A stretch of DNA of 64,000 nucleotides, taken from the NCBI GenBank assembly GCA_963734495.1, contig CAVTHK010000003.1, positions 96,001 to 160,000 on the forward strand, written 5' to 3'. Origin of the DNA: an uncultured Spirochaetota bacterium (GTDB taxonomy: Bacteria; Spirochaetota; Spirochaetia; SZUA-6; CAVTHK01). Both the position numbers and the translations under genes were made by a program. How positions within the stretch are numbered: the first letter of the stretch is position 1; every line of letters begins with the position of its first letter. The notes below the pieces were generated by a model. It was given only the letters and a program-made list of their open reading frames with translations. It made no database searches and was not told where the DNA came from. This document shows positions 21,404 to 31,602 of the stretch, one piece after another.

Positions 21404-23173
21404 CTATTTCGCCCGTTTGCCGTCCCTCGAGGAGGGCCGCGGCGCCTCGAGGATCATGTCCTTGACCGCGGCTCCCGACGGGATCATCGGGAACACGTTG
21501 TCTTCCTTCTCGACCTCCGCGTCGATGACGCACGGGCCGTCGTTGTACGCGAGGGCCGCCTTGAGGATCCTCTTGAGGTCGGAGCTGCGCTTGATGCGGA
21601 ACCCCTTGACGCCGTACGACTGGGCGAGCTTGACGAAGTCGGGGTTGCCGACCAGGTCCACGCCGGAGAGCCGGTTCTCGTAGAACAGGTTCTGCCACTG
21701 CCGCACCATGCCCAGGTAGTGGTTGTTGATGATCACGACCTTGACCGGCAGCTTGTTGATCTGCGCGGTGGCGAGCTCGGAGAGCGTCATCTGGAAGCCG
21801 CCGTCGCCGACGATCGCCACGACCATCCGGTCGGGGTGGGCGAGCTGCGCCCCGATCGCGGCCGGGAAGCCGAAGCCCATGGTGCCGAGGCCGCCGGAGG
21901 TGATCCACTGGAAGCGCTCGTCGATCTTGTAGAACTGGGCCGCCCACATCTGGTGCTGGCCCACGTCGGTGACCGACGATCGCCTTGCCCTCGGTGAGCT
22001 CGTACAGGGCGTCGATGACGTGCTGCGCCTTGAGCTTGCCCTCCTTGCGGTACTTCAGCGGGTATTCCTGCTTCCAGCGCGTCGATCTGCTTGAGCCACT
22101 CCGTCGTGTCGCCGGGCTTGACCAGGCGTGTTCAGCGTCTCGATCACCGGACGCGCGTCGCCGATGATCGCGCAGTCGACCTGGATGGTCTTGTCGACCT
22201 CCGACGGGTCGATGTCCACGTGGATCTTGACCGCGGCCGGGCAGAACTCGCTCACCTTGCCGGTGATGCGGTCGTCCCAGCGGCTGCCGATCGACATGAT
22301 CAGGTCGCACTCGACCACGGCCTTGTTCGCGTAGGCGGTCCCGTGCATGCCCAGCATCCCGAGGCTCAGCTCGTGGCTCTCGGGGAAGCCTCCCTTGCCG
22401 AGCAGCGTGTTCGTCACCGGGATGCGCATCTTTTCGGCCAGGATCCGCACCGCCCGCCCGGCATCGGAGATCACGGCCCCGTGGCCGATCAGCAGCAGCG
22501 GCCTGTGAGCCCGCTCCAGCATGGCCGCGGCGCGCTCGATCTGCTCGATGTCGCCCTCGCTCGGGACGCTGTAGCCGGGCAGGTGGAAGTCCTCGTGGTG
22601 GGTCGGGTCGATCGGCGTGTTCAGCACGTCCTTGGGGATGTCGATCAGCACCGGGCCCGGCCTGCCGGTCTGCGTGAGGTAGAAGGCCTCCTCGAGGATC
22701 CTTGGGAGGTCCTTCGCGTCCTTGACGAGATAGGAGTGCTTGACCACGGGGTACGAGATGCCCGACACGTCGGCTTCCTGGAAGGCATCCATGCCGAGCA
22801 CGTTGGTGTTGGCCTGCCCCGCGATCACGATCATCGGCGCGGAGTCCATCAGGGCGTTGAGCAGGCCCGTGATCGTATTGGTGGCCCCCGGCCCCGAAGT
22901 CACCAGGACGACGGCCGGTTTGCCGGTCGCGCGGGCGTAGCCGTCGGCCATGTGAGTGGCGCCCTGCTCGTGGCGGGTCTGGATCAGCCTGATCGGCGAA
23001 TCGACGAGGGCGTCGAAGATCGGGATGGAAGCGCCGCCGGGGATGCCGAAGACGAACTCCACGCCCTGGCGCTGGAGGATGTCGACAAGCACATCGCAGG
23101 CCCTCCGCAGCTTGGGTGCGGGCTTCTGTGCCGTGGTCTGCCTGTTGTCGGTCTGAACTAGCACTTCAGACAT
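21404..23173 (-). CDS. ilvB: Acetolactate synthase large subunit (frameshifted)
   Basis: [60 protein letters not shown]. Confidence 0.95.
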
Positions 23174-23206
23174 ATCAGCCTCCTATGATTCCAGCGAATT
23201 GACGTG

Positions 23207-23235
23207 AACCTATAGAATATCTCCGAGACTGTCAA
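23207..23235 (-). promoter_or_regulatory. sigma70-type promoter of ilvB
   Basis: TTGACA-17 bp-TAGGTT on the minus strand; AGGAGG RBS follows. Confidence 0.55.
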
Positions 23236-23370
23236 GAGCCGAACAGAAGATCAACGGCCACGAGGCTGACTTCGGGGATCGGATCGTCGCAACCGCCCTG
23301 AATCTAACCGTCAGATCCTAAAACGTGAAAGTCTTGCTCGACAACTCACTCGAGACAGACCGAGACGATC

Positions 23371-24900
23371 TCATGCTGTGAGGCTGGCGGTGTTCAGCAT
23401 CTTCTCCGTCGCCTCAGCGGCGGCGAGGACCTGGTCCGAGTTGACGCCCCGCGTGACGAACGTGGTCTTCCCCTTCCAGGTGATGAAGCACTGGACGAGC
23501 GCATCGGTCTGGCCCGTCGAGGGGATGGTGATCTGGTAGTCCACCAGAGACGGGCACGCGAAGCCCAGCCGGTCGGTGATCTTGCGGATCGCGTTCATCA
23601 GCGCGTCGTACCCTCCGTCGCCCAGCGCGCTCTCCTCGTACTCGGTGAAGGCCTCGGCCCCGTTGGGCCTGTGGGCCAGCTTGACGGTCGCCATCGGCTT
23701 CATCCCCGTGCTCGAGACCACGACGCACGAGCGCATCTCGAAGTGCCGCTCCGCGGGCGTCTCGAGGACGTCGGAGATGATGTAGGGAAGGTCCTCGGGC
23801 GTGATGGACTTCTTCATGTCGCCGAGGCTGATGACTCTCTCCAGGACGCGCTTCTTCTGGTCCGCGCTGAGCTCGATGCCCAGGGCCTCGAGGTTGTAGT
23901 CGAGGCTGGATTTCCCGCTCAGCTTGCCCAGGGCGTACTGGCGCTTGCGCCCGAAGCGCTCCGGCGCGAGCCGGCTCGCGTACAGGTTGGCCTTCTTGTC
24001 GCCGTCCGCGTGGATGCCCGCCGTCTGCGTGAACACGTTCTGCCCCGAGATGGGCTTGTTGAAGGCGACCCTCCGGCCCGAAAAGATCTCGACCGTCTGG
24101 CTGATCCCGTACAGGGCCTTCTCGTTGATGCGCGACTCGACTCCGAGAAAGTCGCGGACCGCGACGACCGCTTCGTCGAGCGAGGTGTTGCCCGCCCGCT
24201 CGCCGACGCCGTTGACGGTGCAGTGGATGCCCCGGGCACCCGCCCCGACCGCGGCGACCGTATTGGCCGTGGCGACGCCGTAGTCGTTGTGCCCGTGGAA
24301 GTCGAAGTGGCGGTCGGGATAGGCGCGGACCATCTCGGACACGAATTGCGTCACCTGGGCGGGGTGCAGGATCCCGAGCGTGTCCGGGAGCATGACCCTG
24401 CGGATCGGAGAATCGCGGAGCTCGTCGAGGAGAAAGCGGACGTAGTCCGGCGATTCGATCATCCCGTTCGACCAGACCTCGAGGTAGATGTTGACGAGGA
24501 CACCCCGGCCGGCCGCGTAGTCGATCGTGTCGCGGATCTCCTTTGCGTGCTGCTGCGGCGTCTTGCGCAGCTGCTTGCTCAGGTGCTCGAGGGACGCCTT
24601 GGTCAGCAGGTTCATGACCCGGCCCCCCGCCGCGGTCATCCAGTCGACCGATGCCTTGATGTCGGTGAACCCGAGCACTTCCACGCGTTCTTCGAGCCCA
24701 CGTTCCCGCGCCCATGCGGACACCTTGGCCACCGCCTCCTGCTCTCCGGGGCTCACCTTCGCGCTCGCGATCTCGATCCGGTCGACGCGGACCTCCTCCA
24801 GCAGGATGCGCGCCAGGTTGAGCTTCTCCTCGGGCGCGAAGCTCGCGTCCCGCATCTGCTCGCCGTCGCGAAGCGTCGTATCCATCACCTCGACGACCAT
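23371..24900 (-). CDS. cimA: Citramalate synthase (LeuA/CimA family, Leptospira/Bacteroidetes-like)
   Basis: MDTTLRDGEQ, VNIYLE.WSNG, LPDTLG, FDFHGHNDY, VFTQTAGIHADGDKK, YALGKLSGK; C-terminal regulatory domain; GAGGAGG RBS. Confidence 0.85.
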   Translation of the reverse strand: MVVEVMDTTLRDGEQMRDASFAPEEKLNLARILLEEVRVDRIEIASAKVSPGEQEAVAKVSAWARERGLEERVEVLGFTDIKASVDWMTAAGGRVMNLLTKASLEHLSKQLRKTPQQHAKEIRDTIDYAAGRGVLVNIYLEVWSNGMIESPDYVRFLLDELRDSPIRRVMLPDTLGILHPAQVTQFVSEMVRAYPDRHFDFHGHNDYGVATANTVAAVGAGARGIHCTVNGVGERAGNTSLDEAVVAVRDFLGVESRINEKALYGISQTVEIFSGRRVAFNKPISGQNVFTQTAGIHADGDKKANLYASRLAPERFGRKRQYALGKLSGKSSLDYNLEALGIELSADQKKRVLERVISLGDMKKSITPEDLPYIISDVLETPAERHFEMRSCVVVSSTGMKPMATVKLAHRPNGAEAFTEYEESALGDGGYDALMNAIRKITDRLGFACPSLVDYQITIPSTGQTDALVQCFITWKGKTTFVTRGVNSDQVLAAAEATEKMLNTASLTA

Positions 24901-24932
24901 GCCGATCCCTCCTCGACGTTGCGCCCCGCGCG

Positions 24933-24966
24933 AAAAAAAAGCCGTGAGCGCCAGGCCCACGGCTTT
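24933..24966 (-). terminator. Attenuator terminator upstream of cimA
   Basis: Minus strand AAAGCCGTGGGC-CTGGC-GCTCACGGC followed by T8. Confidence 0.9.
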
Positions 24967-24986
24967 GTCTTGCGCGCCGTCCCCTT

Positions 24987-25073
24987 TCAGGGAGACGTGG
25001 GCCTCGCGCAGGCGCCCGCGACGGTAATGAGGATGATGATCGCGATGTCGCAGGCCGCGCTGTCGTGCCGCAC
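24987..25073 (-). CDS. Ile-rich attenuator leader peptide (28 aa) MRHDSAACDIAIIILITVAGACARPTSP
   Basis: GGAGGAG RBS and GTG start; control codons ATC GCG ATC ATC ATC CTC ATT ACC GTC; stop lies just before the terminator. Confidence 0.85.
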   Translation of the reverse strand: MRHDSAACDIAIIILITVAGACARPTSP

Positions 25074-25099
25074 CTTCCGTCTCCTCCGAAGTGGAAAGC

Positions 25100-25129
25100 A
25101 GTATACGGGCCGCTCGCTTCCCGTGTCAA
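25100..25129 (-). promoter_or_regulatory. sigma70-type promoter of the cimA leader
   Basis: TTGACA-18 bp-TATACT. Confidence 0.7.
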
Positions 25130-25156
25130 CCTGGAGTTGGTCCTTCCCGGACGGAC

Positions 25157-25715
25157 TCACTCCTCGGAGATCGCGTCGAGGGCTTCCTCGTTCGCCTGCA
25201 CGGTCCGCAGATCATCCGCGTGGACCTGCGCCCTGTAAAGGGTCTCGGTCTGCGCCATCTGCTCCGTGAGGCCCTCGAGCTGGGCTTTGAGCCCCGCCTT
25301 CTGGTCGGCGGGGATCTGCGGGTTGCGTTCGATCTCCGCGAGCTGCGCCGCGATCTCCGCGGCCGCCTGTGCGCGCGTCTCTTCGAGCTTGAGGGTCAGG
25401 TAGGAGTAGAAGACGGCCGTGAACTTCCGGAACTGAGCGTCGCCCCACCCGTACTTGCCGAGGATCTTCTGCGCGTCCGCGTTGACCTGCAGGGCGCCGA
25501 GAACCCCCGGCAGGGCGTTCGGGGTCCCCGCCTCGGGGGCCTGTTGCTCCCCGATCCCGAGCTGTGAGAGCTCGGCCATCAGGGACTTGAAGTCGCCGAT
25601 GAACTTCTTGACGTCGGCGTCGCTGAGCAGCGGCCGGGCAGGCGCCTGCGCGACCGCGGCGGCGACCGCGGCGAGGACGGATGATCAGGACGAACAGGGC
25701 GCTGCGCTTTCTCAT
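25157..25715 (-). CDS. Hypothetical exported helical protein (frameshift near 25680)
   Basis: Signal peptide MRKRSALFVLII..AVAQ joined to ORF 25157..25579. Confidence 0.7.
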
Positions 25716-25764
25716 GCCGGAGAGCATGCTACGCCCGCGGCCCGGCCGTCCAGCGTCGGAGCGC

Positions 25765-25794
25765 AAAAGAAAGGGGAGCCTCGCGGCTCCCCTT
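25765..25794 (-). terminator. Intrinsic terminator
   Basis: AAGGGGAGCC-4 nt-GGCTCCCCTT hairpin followed by TCTTTT on the minus strand. Confidence 0.75.
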
Positions 25795-25809
25795 CGCAAC
25801 GGATGTCGT

Positions 25810-26298
25810 TCAGGTCCTGTCGCCGCCCCGCGGGCCAGGTCCCCAGTTGCCGCCCATCATGCCGGGGCCGCGCATTCGGCCGCCGCGCCCGCCGGGACCC
25901 ATGGCCCCCGGGCCAAAGCCGCGCTGGTCGATCGTGTACTCCTTGCCGTTGACGACGGCCTTGGTCACGAGCAATCCCTTCTCGTTCGCGTCCCTGCACC
26001 ACGGCGCGTTCTCGACGAGGTAGCCTTCAACCTTGATCGTGTCGCCCTCCTTGACGTCGATGTCGTTGCGGTAGCGGCCGGGCACCATCAACGCGTACTC
26101 TTCCTTGTCGGTCTTCAGCGTCGGGTGCCAGTCGTCGAACGACAGCTTGCCGGTGACTTCGGTCTTGGTCTGCGAGCCCCAACCGCGGGCCGAGGGCCCG
26201 GCCGGGGGAGTCGTGTCATCCTTGGTGCCGCGCGCGAACGTGGGAGTCGCCAGGACTGCGGCGACGAGCAGTACGATCGTAAGGACTTTCGCCTTCAT
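25810..26298 (-). CDS. Exported protein with probable OB-like core and Gly/Met-rich tail
   Basis: GGAGG RBS, signal peptide ending TFA-RG, IDVKEGDTIKVEG, C-terminal GPGMMGG tail. Confidence 0.8.
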   Translation of the reverse strand: MKAKVLTIVLLVAAVLATPTFARGTKDDTTPPAGPSARGWGSQTKTEVTGKLSFDDWHPTLKTDKEEYALMVPGRYRNDIDVKEGDTIKVEGYLVENAPWCRDANEKGLLVTKAVVNGKEYTIDQRGFGPGAMGPGGRGGRMRGPGMMGGNWGPGPRGGDRT

Positions 26299-26335
26299 TT
26301 GTTTTCCTCCATATCAGGCGTTCTGCCCTTGGTAA

Positions 26336-26351
26336 TGCATGAGGCGTGCCA
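26336..26351 (-). promoter_or_regulatory. sigma54 -24/-12 promoter
   Basis: Minus strand TGGCAC-GCCTC-ATGCA, 37 bp upstream of the ATG. Confidence 0.7.
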
Positions 26352-26463
26352 GGTGAGGGCGCCCGGCGGGCGCGCGCGGAGGCAAGAAACCGGGAATTCG
26401 ATCTCTCGGAGCCGGAAATTCCGAACGGGACACGACTGCCGGCTCGGGGCCGGAGCGAGCCGT

Positions 26464-26506
26464 GCGCAGATCCTGCGCGGGGATCGTTTTCGCGCAGTTC
26501 CCGCGC
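26464..26506. promoter_or_regulatory. Tandem palindromic candidate enhancer (bEBP) sites
   Basis: GCGCAGATCCTGCGC (26464-26478) and GCGCAGTTCCCGCGC (26492-26506). Confidence 0.45.
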
Positions 26507-26564
26507 ATCGGCTCGCATGACCGGCGGCTCGGCGCGAGGCGGCCATCGGGGTTACCATAGCGCC

Positions 26565-27284
26565 ATGTCGCGTTTCCAGGTGATCGGCTTCGACGCGGAC
26601 GACACGCTGTGGCACAACGAGCGTCTGTACGCCGAGACGCAATCGGGGTTCCGGAAGCTGCTGTCGCGATACCACAGCCCCGAGTGGGTCGACGAGCGCC
26701 TCCACCAGACCGAGCTGCGCAACCTGCGGCATTTCGGTTACGGCATCAAGGGGTTCACGCTCTCGATGATCGAGACCGCGATCGAGCTGACCGACGGCCG
26801 CATCAGCGGCGTTGAAGTGCAGAGCATCATCGACTCGGCCAAGCGGATGCTCGCCGCCGACGTGGAGCTGCTCGACCACGCGGACGAGACCCTGAGGAGC
26901 CTGGCCGCGGACTACCCGCTCATGCTGATCACCAAGGGGGACCTTCACGACCAGGAGGCGAAGATCGCGCGCTCGGGCGTGGCCGGCCGTTTCCGCCACG
27001 TGGAGATCGTGAGCGACAAGAGCGCCGAGAGCTACCGCGCCCTGCTGGAGCGCCACCGCATCGCGCCCGAGCGCTTCCTGATGGTGGGCAATTCCCTGCG
27101 CTCGGACATCCTGCCGGTCCTGGCGATCGGCGCGGCCGCCGTCTACGTCCCCTACGAGCTCACGTGGGCGCACGAGGCCGCGGAGCGCCCGCCCGCGGGG
27201 CAGGCGGGCTACCACGAGCTCGAGCACCTCGGCATGCTTCCCGACCTGATCCGCAGGCTGGAGAGCGGAGGTCAGTACACGTAG
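26565..27284 (+). CDS. HAD-family hydrolase
   Basis: IGFDADDTLW, ITKGD, MVGNSLRSDILP. Confidence 0.95.
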   Translation: MSRFQVIGFDADDTLWHNERLYAETQSGFRKLLSRYHSPEWVDERLHQTELRNLRHFGYGIKGFTLSMIETAIELTDGRISGVEVQSIIDSAKRMLAADVELLDHADETLRSLAADYPLMLITKGDLHDQEAKIARSGVAGRFRHVEIVSDKSAESYRALLERHRIAPERFLMVGNSLRSDILPVLAIGAAAVYVPYELTWAHEAAERPPAGQAGYHELEHLGMLPDLIRRLESGGQYT

Positions 27285-28348
27285 CGGAAGCCGGTCGTGA
27301 GGGCGAGGTCCCCGGACCGGCCCCATCCGTAGGTGTCGTCGCTGTCGCCGAGCTGCACCGATGCGTAGGCGAGCAGCGTCAGGCCGGTCTGCATCTTCCA
27401 GTCGGCGCCGAGGACGCAGAGAGCGCTCACGTCGATCGGGGAGACGAAGCTGCGCGACAGAAGCGAGAGCTTGGGTCCGATGTTCCAGACCACCTCGGGG
27501 TACAGCAGCAGCCCGTATTCGCTCGAGGCATCACCTTCGGTCCACCGGCCTCCGGGGCGGACGAGCGCCTCGAGACGGACCGCGAGATCCGTGCCGTCCG
27601 GCAGGCGCACCACGTGGTACAGGCCGCCGCTCGCGAGCAGCGTCTTCGGGAGCTCATCGGGGGCGACGCCGTTTTGCGGCAGCGCCGCGGAAGCGGCGAA
27701 GTAAACATCGAAGAAGAGGCTCCCGTGCAGGCTGACGAACGGGTTGTGGGTGCCGTCCGAGCCGCGGTAGAGGGTGCCGGCCTCGATCTGCGACCCGCCG
27801 ATTCGCCCCAGAAACCGCGCACCCGCGGCCGCTTGTCCGATGCCCGGGGTCTCGGCAGTCGTCAGGTCGAGCCCGGGAGCGAGAGCCGTAGCCTCGACAA
27901 AGGAGAACGGGCCCAGGGGCACGAACACGGTCGTCTGCCAGACGGCCAGGTCGCGCAGCGACTCGGCGGTCAGGTCCGCCGTGGAGCCGATCGGGCCGAA
28001 GATCACGTCGGCTGCGTTGTAGAAGAAACCCTGGCCCCACGAGATGGGGGCGAGCCCCTGTGTCGCGCGCCAGCCCGGCGTGCGCACGCGGACGTACGCG
28101 CGCGACACCGCCGCTTCGGTCGTCTCGCCGACGCGGGCCTCGAGCGCGAGCTGGCCGCGCACGCTTTCGGTGGGCGCGGCGTCCAGAAAGACCCGCGCGA
28201 GCGCCGAGCCGGCGAGGCCCGCCTCGAAGTCGTCCAGCCGCGTGAGGGTGTCCAGCAGCGTGAGCTCCACCGCGGGTTTCACTTCCGCCCGCGCCCCGCC
28301 CGCGGCGAATGCCGCGAGCACGAGAGCGCCGATCAGCCTCTTCGTCAC
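27272..28348 (-). CDS. Putative outer-membrane beta-barrel protein
   Basis: Signal peptide, ISWGQGFFYN, C-terminal GFRYVY; GTGA overlap with the upstream gene. Confidence 0.7.
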   Translation of the reverse strand: MTKRLIGALVLAAFAAGGARAEVKPAVELTLLDTLTRLDDFEAGLAGSALARVFLDAAPTESVRGQLALEARVGETTEAAVSRAYVRVRTPGWRATQGLAPISWGQGFFYNAADVIFGPIGSTADLTAESLRDLAVWQTTVFVPLGPFSFVEATALAPGLDLTTAETPGIGQAAAGARFLGRIGGSQIEAGTLYRGSDGTHNPFVSLHGSLFFDVYFAASAALPQNGVAPDELPKTLLASGGLYHVVRLPDGTDLAVRLEALVRPGGRWTEGDASSEYGLLLYPEVVWNIGPKLSLLSRSFVSPIDVSALCVLGADWKMQTGLTLLAYASVQLGDSDDTYGWGRSGDLALTTGFRYVY

Positions 28349-29085
28349 CACGTGAGCTCTCCCAGCGAAAAGATCTTCGGCGGCAGGGGCCGGTCGATCT
28401 CGATCTCGCTGACGACGAACTCCGTCGACGAGCCCCGCCGCAGGCTGTCCCGCAGGGTCATGCGCGTGACCACGTTCCTGCCGGCCACCCGCCGGATCTC
28501 GTTCACCTCGATCTCCTTGAGCAGGGTGCCGGAGCGCGCGAACTTCTGCGCCTTGCGGAATATGAACAGCTCCTTGTCGATCCAGAGCGTCTGCCGGTAG
28601 TAGGGCACGTCGCGCTTCGTCGCTTCCAGCGTGACCCGGTAGCAGGAGCGGCCGTCGACGATGTCGCTGCCTTCGAGCGTCGCCCTGTAGGACTTGAGGA
28701 GGCTCTTGCCTCCGGTCATGTCGTCGTAGGACATGTCCGATCCGAGCACCGCGTCCCTGAGCGCCGCCCCCTGCAGGCGGATCAGTTCGGCCGCGTCCGG
28801 GTAGTAGAGGTAGATCTCGTCCTTCGTGCGGAGGATCTTCGTGCCGCGCTCCTCGGCGCTCGTGAACTCGATGAGCATCGTCTCGTCGCCGCGCGAGTAC
28901 GAGACGAACGTGCTTTCTCTCGCGCCGAAACGGTCGCGGACGGTCATCGAGCCGGCGGAGCGCGCGGTGTCGAAGACGATGTTCCGCTCCATCCGCGTGA
29001 TGATCTCGTCGGCCGTCTCGGCCCGGGCAGCCGGGGCCGCGAACGCGGCGCACAACAGGGCGCAGGCGGGCAGGATTCCCTTCAT
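28345..29085 (-). CDS. Outer-membrane lipoprotein-sorting (LolA-like) protein
   Basis: ERGTKILR, VLGSDMSYDD, TLWIDKE, KIFSLGEL. Confidence 0.9.
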   Translation of the reverse strand: MKGILPACALLCAAFAAPAARAETADEIITRMERNIVFDTARSAGSMTVRDRFGARESTFVSYSRGDETMLIEFTSAEERGTKILRTKDEIYLYYPDAAELIRLQGAALRDAVLGSDMSYDDMTGGKSLLKSYRATLEGSDIVDGRSCYRVTLEATKRDVPYYRQTLWIDKELFIFRKAQKFARSGTLLKEIEVNEIRRVAGRNVVTRMTLRDSLRRGSSTEFVVSEIEIDRPLPPKIFSLGELTW

Positions 29086-29086
29086 C

Positions 29087-30319
29087 TCAAGTCGACCTCA
29101 GCGCTTCAACAGGTGTGATCCGGGCGGCGCGGGCCGCGGGCAGGAGCGAAGCCGCGCCCGCCACCGCGGCGGCGTACACGAACACGAGCAGCGTCGACCT
29201 CACGCTCAGGACCGGGCGCAGCACGCCCGAGATCTCGAGGTCGACCCCTTCCATGGCGGCGCGGAAGTCGAGGCCCGTCACGGAGAGCGGGAGCGTGATG
29301 GCGGCGCCGGCGAGCACGCCCGCGAGGGAGCCGATGATCCCGAGCGCCAGCGCCTCCAGGAAGAACAGCCGCACGATCTGGCTTCCCTGCATGCCCATGG
29401 CCGCTATGGTGCCGATCTCGCGCGTGCGCTCGTAGATCGTCATCATCGTCGTGTTGACGATCACCGTGCTGCCGAGCACGAAGAACAGGAGCGCGATGAT
29501 GTCGTAGGAAGTCGAAGCCATGGCCATGAGCGACCAGCTTGTCCGCAGCGATCGCCAGCTCCTCGCCTCCGCCTCCGGCCACCCGCGGCCGGCGAGCGCG
29601 GCCTCGAGGCGGGCCGCCGCGCGCACGCTGTCCGCGCCGCCGCGCAGCTTGACGAGGATCTCGGTCACCGAGTCGTCCATCCGCGCGAGGCGGCGGGCGC
29701 GGTCGAGCGGGAGCCACACGCACTTCGCCTCGAGAGCCGCGACCGGGAAGCGCGCGAGCGCGGCGACCTCCACGGTCACGGCGTTGGTGCCGCGGCGCAT
29801 GGTCGTGGCGAGCAGCGTGATCCGGTCGCCGACCCCGACCCCCAGCTCGCGGGCGAAGCGGGCGCCGAGGATGGCCTCGCTCGACCCGGGGCGGGGCGGT
29901 CGCCCTTCGACCAGGCGCCGCGAGAGGCCCTGGAAGCGCTCCTCGCGCGCGGGATCGTAGCCGTAGACGAGGGCGGCCACCATCCGCTCGCCGCGGTAGA
30001 CCGCGGCCGGCAGCTCGATCCTCGGCGCGACGGATGCGACGTCGGGGTCGGCCTCGACGAGCGACGCCGCGTCTTCCGCGCGCTCGACGCGCAGGTGCAG
30101 CGGCGCGAGCTGCTCGTAGCGGTCATAGTCGCGGTGGCGGATGCGCACTTCCCCCGAGACGAAGGTGTGGAGGTTGTCCGCGAGATCGCGCTTCATCCCC
30201 TCGAGGATCGAGAACATCAGCGTGATCGCCATGGCGGCGACGGCGATGGCCGCCATGGAGAGGAGGCTGCGCCTCCTGTTGCGCCGGATGTTCCTCAGGG
30301 CCATGGCTGCGAGCTTCAC
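29087..30319 (-). CDS. FtsX/MacB-like ABC permease
   Basis: ALRNIRRNRRRS, IVNTTMMTIYERTREIGT, PAARAARITPVEALR. Confidence 0.9.
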   Translation of the reverse strand: MKLAAMALRNIRRNRRRSLLSMAAIAVAAMAITLMFSILEGMKRDLADNLHTFVSGEVRIRHRDYDRYEQLAPLHLRVERAEDAASLVEADPDVASVAPRIELPAAVYRGERMVAALVYGYDPAREERFQGLSRRLVEGRPPRPGSSEAILGARFARELGVGVGDRITLLATTMRRGTNAVTVEVAALARFPVAALEAKCVWLPLDRARRLARMDDSVTEILVKLRGGADSVRAAARLEAALAGRGWPEAEARSWRSLRTSWSLMAMASTSYDIIALLFFVLGSTVIVNTTMMTIYERTREIGTIAAMGMQGSQIVRLFFLEALALGIIGSLAGVLAGAAITLPLSVTGLDFRAAMEGVDLEISGVLRPVLSVRSTLLVFVYAAAVAGAASLLPAARAARITPVEALRST

Positions 30320-30330
30320 AGGTGAGCCTC

Positions 30331-31602
30331 CTACACGGCCCTCAGGCAGTCGGTGATCGACATCGAGAGGGCGCGGCGCGTGGGCACGAACGCCACCCCG
30401 ACCGAAAGGAGCACGCCGAAGACCGCGGCGCCCGCCATCGCCTCGGGGTGCCACGCGCCCCGGAAGACGCCGCTCACCCGGTAGCCGATGTCCATGGTCC
30501 GCATCGCCGCCGAGAAGTCGATGCCCACGTTGACGATCCAGAGGCAGAGCAGCGACCCGAGCGCGAGGCCGAAGGCGGAGCCGATCACGCCGATCCCCGC
30601 GGCCTCGAGCAGGAAGAGCCGGCGCACCTGGCGATCGCCCATTCCGAGCGCCCGCAGCGTCCCCAGCTCGCGGACGCGCTCGTACACCGCCATCAGCATC
30701 GTGTTCGAGACTCCCACCGCCGCGATGATGAACACCAGCAGGAGAAGGATCCCGCTCCCCTTCTGCTTCTGCTCCGCGAGGGCGACATAGTCCGCGGCGA
30801 GCGTGGTCCAGTCGAGGACCTCGATGCCGGGGAACTCCGGCCGCAGCGCCGTCTCGAGATCGGCGGCCTCGGCGCCGGCGCCCCTCGCCGCTCGCGCGTC
30901 CGCTCGCTCCGGGAAGCGCAGGTCGATCTCCGTCACCGCGCCGCCCATCGCCAGCAGGTCGTCGGCCATGTCCAGCGGGACGAATACGGAGCCGCGGTTC
31001 ACTTCGGGGTTGGGGCAGGAGACGATCCCGGCCACCGGAGCGTCGAGGGTCTGGTAGTAGCCGTCCCGGGTGCGGGTCACGATCGTGACGGGGTAGCCGA
31101 CCTCCGCGCCGAGGTCCTCCGCGAGCCACGAGCCGAGGAGCACCGCCTCCTCGCCGCGCCTGAGGTAGCGGCCGGCGGTGACGGTCTCGCGGAAGCGAAA
31201 GACCCGGTCGTCGCGCTCCGGATCGATCGCCTCGACCCTGACGCGCAGCGCGCCGTCCTCGGGGAACGGGTCCTTTCGCACGACCAGCTCGCCGCCGAAG
31301 ACCGTGCGAGGCGTCGCGGCCACCCCTCGCGCCGCGAGGCGCTCGAGGATCGGTTCCGGCCGTTCGATCGCCGGGTCGAGCGGGAGCTGGTCCTTGTCCT
31401 TCCAGTACCCCCGGGCCAGGACGCGGGCGGAGCCGGTTTCGTACCAGACGAGGTTCCGCTCCGATTCCCTCTCGGCTCCAAGCAGGAGCGAGTCCGCGAG
31501 GAGGTAAATCCCCAGCCCGACGCCCAGAGCCGCCGACGTGATGAGCGTGCGCCTGCGGTACCGCAGCAGGTTCTTCCACGCGAGGGCAGCCAGGAACCTC
31601 AC
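30331..31602 (-). CDS. FtsX/MacB-like ABC permease
   Basis: AWKNLLRYRRRT, NTMLMAVYERVRELGTLRALG; GGAGG before GTG 31602. Confidence 0.9.
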   Translation of the reverse strand: MRFLAALAWKNLLRYRRRTLITSAALGVGLGIYLLADSLLLGAERESERNLVWYETGSARVLARGYWKDKDQLPLDPAIERPEPILERLAARGVAATPRTVFGGELVVRKDPFPEDGALRVRVEAIDPERDDRVFRFRETVTAGRYLRRGEEAVLLGSWLAEDLGAEVGYPVTIVTRTRDGYYQTLDAPVAGIVSCPNPEVNRGSVFVPLDMADDLLAMGGAVTEIDLRFPERADARAARGAGAEAADLETALRPEFPGIEVLDWTTLAADYVALAEQKQKGSGILLLLVFIIAAVGVSNTMLMAVYERVRELGTLRALGMGDRQVRRLFLLEAAGIGVIGSAFGLALGSLLCLWIVNVGIDFSAAMRTMDIGYRVSGVFRGAWHPEAMAGAAVFGVLLSVGVAFVPTRRALSMSITDCLRAV

